DNA of 59,021 bases, counting the filler, from Diploschistes diacapsis (Eukaryota), in assembly GCA_023645945.1 (NCBI GenBank). It is 6 parts of 6 records of this genome, joined end to end, with 100 filler letters (N's around TTAATTAATTAA, not from the genome) between each part and the next. Parts side by side here need not be neighbours in the genome. Positions count along the whole stretch, not along the records: positions 53,046 to 59,021 come from JALAIB010001456.1; 5 more parts are not named here. One strand, written 5' to 3'. Below the pieces are notes generated by a model that saw only the letters and a list, made by a program, of their open reading frames with translations, was not told the DNA's origin and did not search any database. This document shows positions 53,923-59,021 of the stretch, piece after piece (positions within the stretch are counted from its first letter, which is position 1; every line of letters starts with the position of its first letter). Made by a program: the position numbers and the translations under genes.

Positions 53923-55511
53923 CTATCCACCCTGAGGTTCGGTGGACCCCAGAGGCTCCCCAATTCCACTACCGTAGGAGGGTGGAGCTGCATTTCCAAA
54001 GCCGACTTGACCTTGTCCCGGTTTTTCGACGAGCGGACGGGAAGATGCCGAAGAGGCGTGGTTGGAAGGCTCACCCTTTTTCTCCTGCCGCAACATCTCT
54101 GGCGGAACTTGTCCGCCATCTCCCTCGCCCACGAACAGCTGTTTTCCATCTGGCATACGACCAACAACCATGCCTTTGGCCACAGACTTCAAGACCGCTT
54201 TGCGGGAAACACCCGTAGCGTCGACGTAAACAAGTCCGACGTTCTTCACTCCACCTGCGAGATGACCGGCAATTTTCCCAGCTTCTGGGCCGTATCTATG
54301 ACCTACCATCGTCGACGTTGCTGTTGATCCCGAAGCCAAAAGCTGTTTCGCGCTCTGCTCTATGCCATCTGCAATGGTCGAAAACGCAATCAAGGATTTG
54401 TTCAGAACGCCTGGTTTAAAGTCTGGGCTCGGGTCGTCCTTGATCCTGGGGCGCTTCGCATCACCTTTGTGGGCCAGCTTGGCCCCAAAACCCTGTGCAA
54501 CTTTTCCAATCTGTCCCACAGTAGCTGCAGATAATCCAACGGCACCATGAGTCATGTTGTTCAGCTTCCTAATTCTCTCCTGTGTGGTGGGGGAAAATGT
54601 CATGGGTTTAGGATTCGGCTTAACCTTCTGTGTAAACGCTATAGCACCAGAGTTGATGGCTCCTGCCAAGTATCCACTGCCACCGACGATGAGTCTTGAA
54701 GCGGTTGCCGCGTTTTGCACAATGGTGGAATTCTTGTACGCAGGGTGCTTGGCCAAGCGCAAGTATTCCTCTGAAACTTCGTGAACGCTGATTTGGTTAC
54801 CTTGGCCATCTGGCGGGAGCTCAATTTCAACAGGCTCTTGCAGACCTCTCAGTACATATATATCGAGGTGCAATCGGACCACTCACTCTTCGAACCGAGC
54901 TTGACATCCTTGCCTTCAACCACATCGAACCCCTCACTGAGCTCACCAACAACGCTGCCGTCTTCCTCATCTACGAGGATGATCTGGCCTTTGCTCTTCC
55001 CCGTGTCTTTGGCAATGTAACCCTCCCCTGGGGCATAGTCTGCGGGATTGTAGGCTGGAGGGCCTTTTCCATTTGGCGGCTTGGTCTTTTCTAAGAATGC
55101 AGTACATTGTGCGAGGATCGTCTCGAAAGTATCGACATCCTCCTGTGTGACTCTGTCGGGTGTGGAGCCAATCTTGGGGAACTCAATGCGCGTGAACGCC
55201 CCAGAGTCCGGGCCAAGGTCCCATCTCGGAATGAGATAGCTTCTGGGTGGTTGATGATAGATCTGGGTCGTGGCGGGAAGTGACAGATCCAGCTCTGGGG
55301 GCAGGTGCAAATGAAGATAGAAATCATCCTCCCTCGATGCCGGGTCCGTGGTAGAGAGATCTGCAAAAGGGGACGACGTTGGTACCATCAGTAAAGAGAG
55401 TGTTTGCGGTCCGCTTGGAGTTAGAGGTGATTCCTCTCCATCTTGCAGGTGGTATGCACTGATGTTGCCAATACTGAAAAGCAGCTTCGCCTCATTGTGT
55501 CCTGCCGACAT
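53923..55511 (-). CDS. Senescence/spartin-domain protein (SPG20-like)
   Basis: Two exons (intron 54886-54837); LNKSLIAFSTIADGIEQSAK..MVGHRYGPEAG..VKNVGLVYVDATGVSRKAVLK; PPAY and PPSY motifs. Confidence 0.82.
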
Positions 55512-56061
55512 GCTGGCATCAACACCAATTTGGGTGATATGTCTCTAGTCCAGTACAGCCGCAGAGGGAGACACAATTCAAGGACGGAGGCTTCTATGGA
55601 ATGGTGAACGAAGTTGAGGAAGTTGACAGGTTTCCAAACGCTGATAAGCACCTACCACTGGCAGTTTCGCATGGAAGGGCCAAGTAAAAGATTTTTATCG
55701 TTTGAACCCCCTCATCAAGTACTCCAACAGCAGTAGTTTTCACACCATCTATACTTTGACAACCTGGAAATCACAACAATAACTGTGAATACATGCGCAC
55801 CGATGCATCTGGGTATGACGTGCGTGTCTGTAAGCGCCCAGTAACCTGGAAATTTCAACTTCGTGGTTGACTACCTATGTCTCAACAGTTGAGCCGAGAG
55901 CGCCCGAGGAGGTGGAGGGGCCGAGGAGCCTCAGCCGCTGGTAACCGTATCTGCGACCTTCGGCTTCTCCTAAACTCACCCTCGTAACATTACAATTCCT
56001 TTGTCGAGACTTTGAAGACTTTCACGATTACCGGAGGTCATACTAGATCACGACTGTAACA

Positions 56062-57445
56062 ATGGCCTCAATGCAGAGGTTGACTCGGAAATCGGCCAAT
56101 CTAATCACGACGCAATGTCTTCGGGGACCCAGACGGTCAATCCCATGTCGCCTTCAACTGTAATTTTGTCCAATATTCGTGTCTGGTTCAAGCATCAAAT
56201 CATGCTGATAATGACTATAGTGCACGCCCTTTGTCCTCGACTACGCCACGCCGGTATGCTGAAACCATTGATATCTCCGCTATCCCACCGACACCAATAT
56301 CCCACATGTCCGAGACCGAGTCCCTGATGGCCGACTCGGTCTCCAAATTCGCCCAAGAGGTGATCGCTCCCAAAGTCCGCGAAATGGACGAAGCCGAAGC
56401 CATGGATCCCACGATAGTCGAGCAACTGTTCGAACAGGGCCTTATGGGCATAGAGATTCCTGAGAAATTTGGAGGAGCAGGCATGAACTTTACCGCGGCC
56501 ATTGTGGGGATCGAGGAGCTGGCGAGAGTCGATCCTAGCGTAAGCGTCCTGGTAGACGTGCACAATACGTTGGTAAACACGGCGATAATGAAGTACGGAA
56601 CGGCAGAGAGCAAGCGGAAGTGGCTGCCACAACTTGCGAGTCAGACGGTTGGAAGCTTCTGTCTGAGTGAGCCGGCTAGCGGAAGCGACGCCTTTGCGAT
56701 GAAAACAAAAGCTCAAAAGACCGCTGATGGGTACAGAATATCCGGATCGAAAATGTGGATCACAAACTCAATGGAAGCCGGCCTGTTCATAGTGTTTGCC
56801 AATCTAGACCCCAGCAAAGGCTATAAAGGTATCACGGCTTTCGTTGTGGATAAGGATGCCAAAGGATTCTCAATTTCAAAGAAGGAGAAAAAGTTGGGAA
56901 TCAGGGCGAGCAGCACATGCGTCGTTAACTTTGACGAGGTGGACATTTCTCGGGATCAGTTGCTGGGCGAGGAAGGCCAAGGTTACAAATATGCCATTGG
57001 GATTTTAAATGAAGGACGCATCGGAATAGCTGCTCAGATGACTGGCCTTGCCCTCGGCGCGTGGGAGAATGCGGCAGGCTATTCATGGAACGACCGCCGC
57101 CAGTTCGGGCAGTTCATTGGCGAATTCCAAGGCATGCAACATCAGCTCGCCCAGGCATACACGGAAATTGCTGCGGCAAGGTGTCTTGTCTATAATGCGG
57201 CTCGCAAAAAGGAGGCCGGAGAGGATTTTGTGCGCGACGCAGCAATGGCGAAGCTCTTTGCGTCGCAAGTGGCAGGTCGAGTCAGTGGACAGGCGGTGGA
57301 ATGGATGGGGGGCATGGGCTTCGTACGTGATGGGATCGCCGAGAAGATGTTTCGGGATAGCAAGATTGGCGCCATCTACGAGGGTACCAGTAATATACAG
57401 CTCAGCACTATTGCTAAACTCTTGCAAAAGGAATATACAAGGTAG
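56062..57445 (+). CDS. Mitochondrial short/branched-chain acyl-CoA dehydrogenase
   Basis: R/S-rich presequence; intron 56160-56220; FCLSEPASGSDA, GSKMWITNS, KLGIRASST, LNEGRIGIAAQ, IGAIYEGTSNIQ. Confidence 0.94.
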
Positions 57446-57707
57446 TCGACAATGCGTTTCTGCATTGACCCTTTAGCGATGTGTGCTTCATACACTGCTT
57501 CCTTTTCCAAATGAATGCGTGATGAGCCACGGTGAGAGAAGCAGGTTATCAAGGTGAATAGAGTTGAAGGACATGTATTGGTGATCTAGTTGCTGAGAAG
57601 AATCTATTGCGGTATCTTGAATCTTTCCCGATGGAAAACACCAAACGCCCGCTAAGCCGTGGTTTGGACAAACAAGCCATTGTCCATTGGTCCTAACCAC
57701 TCTCGAT

Positions 57708-58343
57708 TTACCATTTGGGCCATGAGAACCACGACTTAGTGGACCTTTTTTCATCCTTCTGCTCAGGTTTAGAGGTCGACGACTTGTTCTCATCCCCAGT
57801 CCCATCCTTCCGCTCGTCCTTCTTGCTCTCCCTTTTAGCAACCTTTGCAGGCCTTTGGCCCTTGCGGTCCTTGGGATCGTCTTCCGATCGCTTATTGCCA
57901 GGCCCCTTGTCATCTTCTTTAACGAAATCCCCCCTTGTGTATGAGCGCGCAGAGAGCTCACCGCCGTCGAGCCATGATTCCGGGTCTGGTTGAGCAAAGG
58001 CAGCGGCGCCAGGGTAGGCATAAGGTTCACGAGGGATGACGCTACCGTCACGGCGGAAGAGGCCGGAATCGTATTGCTGGAATGCATGTGCCTCGGCGTT
58101 TGCTTCAGCCTTTGGTTCACGTGGGTTGATTTGACGTGACAACAAGACCCTCCCATTCGCTGCTCGGCGGGCTTTGGCTGCGTACAGTTTACGCGCGGCG
58201 AGAGTACGAGCAGCAAGGGCTTGCTCGTATGCATAGGGATTGGGTTCTGGAATTGCGTCTCGAACGTAGAGATCATGGGTGCTCCCCCATGCGAACGTGA
58301 AGGGGGTGATGAGAAGAAGGAGAAGAAGTGCCTTTGGTGCCAT
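57708..58343 (-). CDS. Small secreted precursor-like protein with LxxR/RR sites and X-A/X-P dipeptide runs
   Basis: Signal peptide MAPKALLLLLLITPFTFA; LYVR-DAIPEPNPYA, PR-EPKAEANAEAHA, LFRR-D, PR-EPYAYPGAAAFAQPDP, LSAR. Confidence 0.7.
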   Translation of the reverse strand: MAPKALLLLLLITPFTFAWGSTHDLYVRDAIPEPNPYAYEQALAARTLAARKLYAAKARRAANGRVLLSRQINPREPKAEANAEAHAFQQYDSGLFRRDGSVIPREPYAYPGAAAFAQPDPESWLDGGELSARSYTRGDFVKEDDKGPGNKRSEDDPKDRKGQRPAKVAKRESKKDERKDGTGDENKSSTSKPEQKDEKRSTKSWFSWPKW

Positions 58344-59021
58344 TATGGTGTGCGTGAAATGGAAGAGGAAGTGAGTAGTTGGATTAGAACTCAAAGAAAG
58401 TGAACAAGAAGCGGCTAAAGGAACAAACGCACCAGGCGCAAAGAAAGGCAATAGTAGGGTGTGAATAGAAGCGGCTGTCAAAGCTGGAGAGCAAGAAAGG
58501 AAGTAGCGGCCAGGCGTTTGTTTATATGCGGAGAGCAACATCGAAGCAACATCGCCACAGGTCAGAATACAGGTAATCAAACAATTACCGGTTGGCTGTT
58601 ACTAGGATCCCAACTGGGGAAAATAGACTGAGCCACCTTGGTGGTGTTGGCCCAGGCCCCCGAGGTGGCCATACACTATGAGCACTCCAGGGCTTCCTTC
58701 GAGCGTAAGCTTACTGCCATAACGACTACAGTACGTTGTAAAAGTTAGGCCCTTGTTTGGTGGTCAGCGTAGAGCATGTGTAGAGCTCCTACGTAGATTG
58801 TACGAGGTCACATGACATTCTACGCTCCCACCAAACGCCCTTTTCGTAAAACTCTACGACCTCTACGATCATCAAAATCTGCGTAAAGCTTGTCGAGACC
58901 TCTCGAGATCTCGATAAGCTCTACGTATTGATCTAAAATGGACCGAAACCCTGTCGCCGCCGCCTCCACCGCCCATTTCCCCCGCCCATTTCCCCCTCCC
59001 ATATGGCCAAAAGGGACGGTT

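Overview
Fungal (filamentous ascomycete, Pezizomycotina-type) nuclear DNA with short GT-AG introns. The window is not contiguous: six contigs are joined by artificial 100-nt N44-TTAATTAATTAA-N44 spacers. The last five contigs are almost the same length in descending order (5997, 5992, 5986, 5980, 5976 nt), so adjacency across spacers has no biological meaning. Contig 1 (1-28590) carries a DUF3176-like pseudogene, a KDM5/Lid2 demethylase, SLX1, CDC8, an orphan gene with an integrase-type HHCC zinc domain, ERD2, a GH85 ENGase, an Ebp1-like protein, a heme-thiolate peroxygenase and MIF2/CENP-C. The small contigs carry RPL10, a 5S rRNA gene nested in an intron of a dienelactone hydrolase pseudogene, a P450, an F-box/LRR gene, a SAM methyltransferase, an O-methyltransferase::AsaB/CmcJ-like fusion with a decayed 5' half, one dead and one intact methionine permease, a spartin-like gene, an acyl-CoA dehydrogenase and a secreted pro-peptide-like protein. 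The most notable observations are the intron-nested 5S gene, repeated +1 single-base duplications confined to pseudogenes, the half-decayed fusion gene and the apparently domesticated HHCC protein. Family assignments come from recalled motifs, not database searches.
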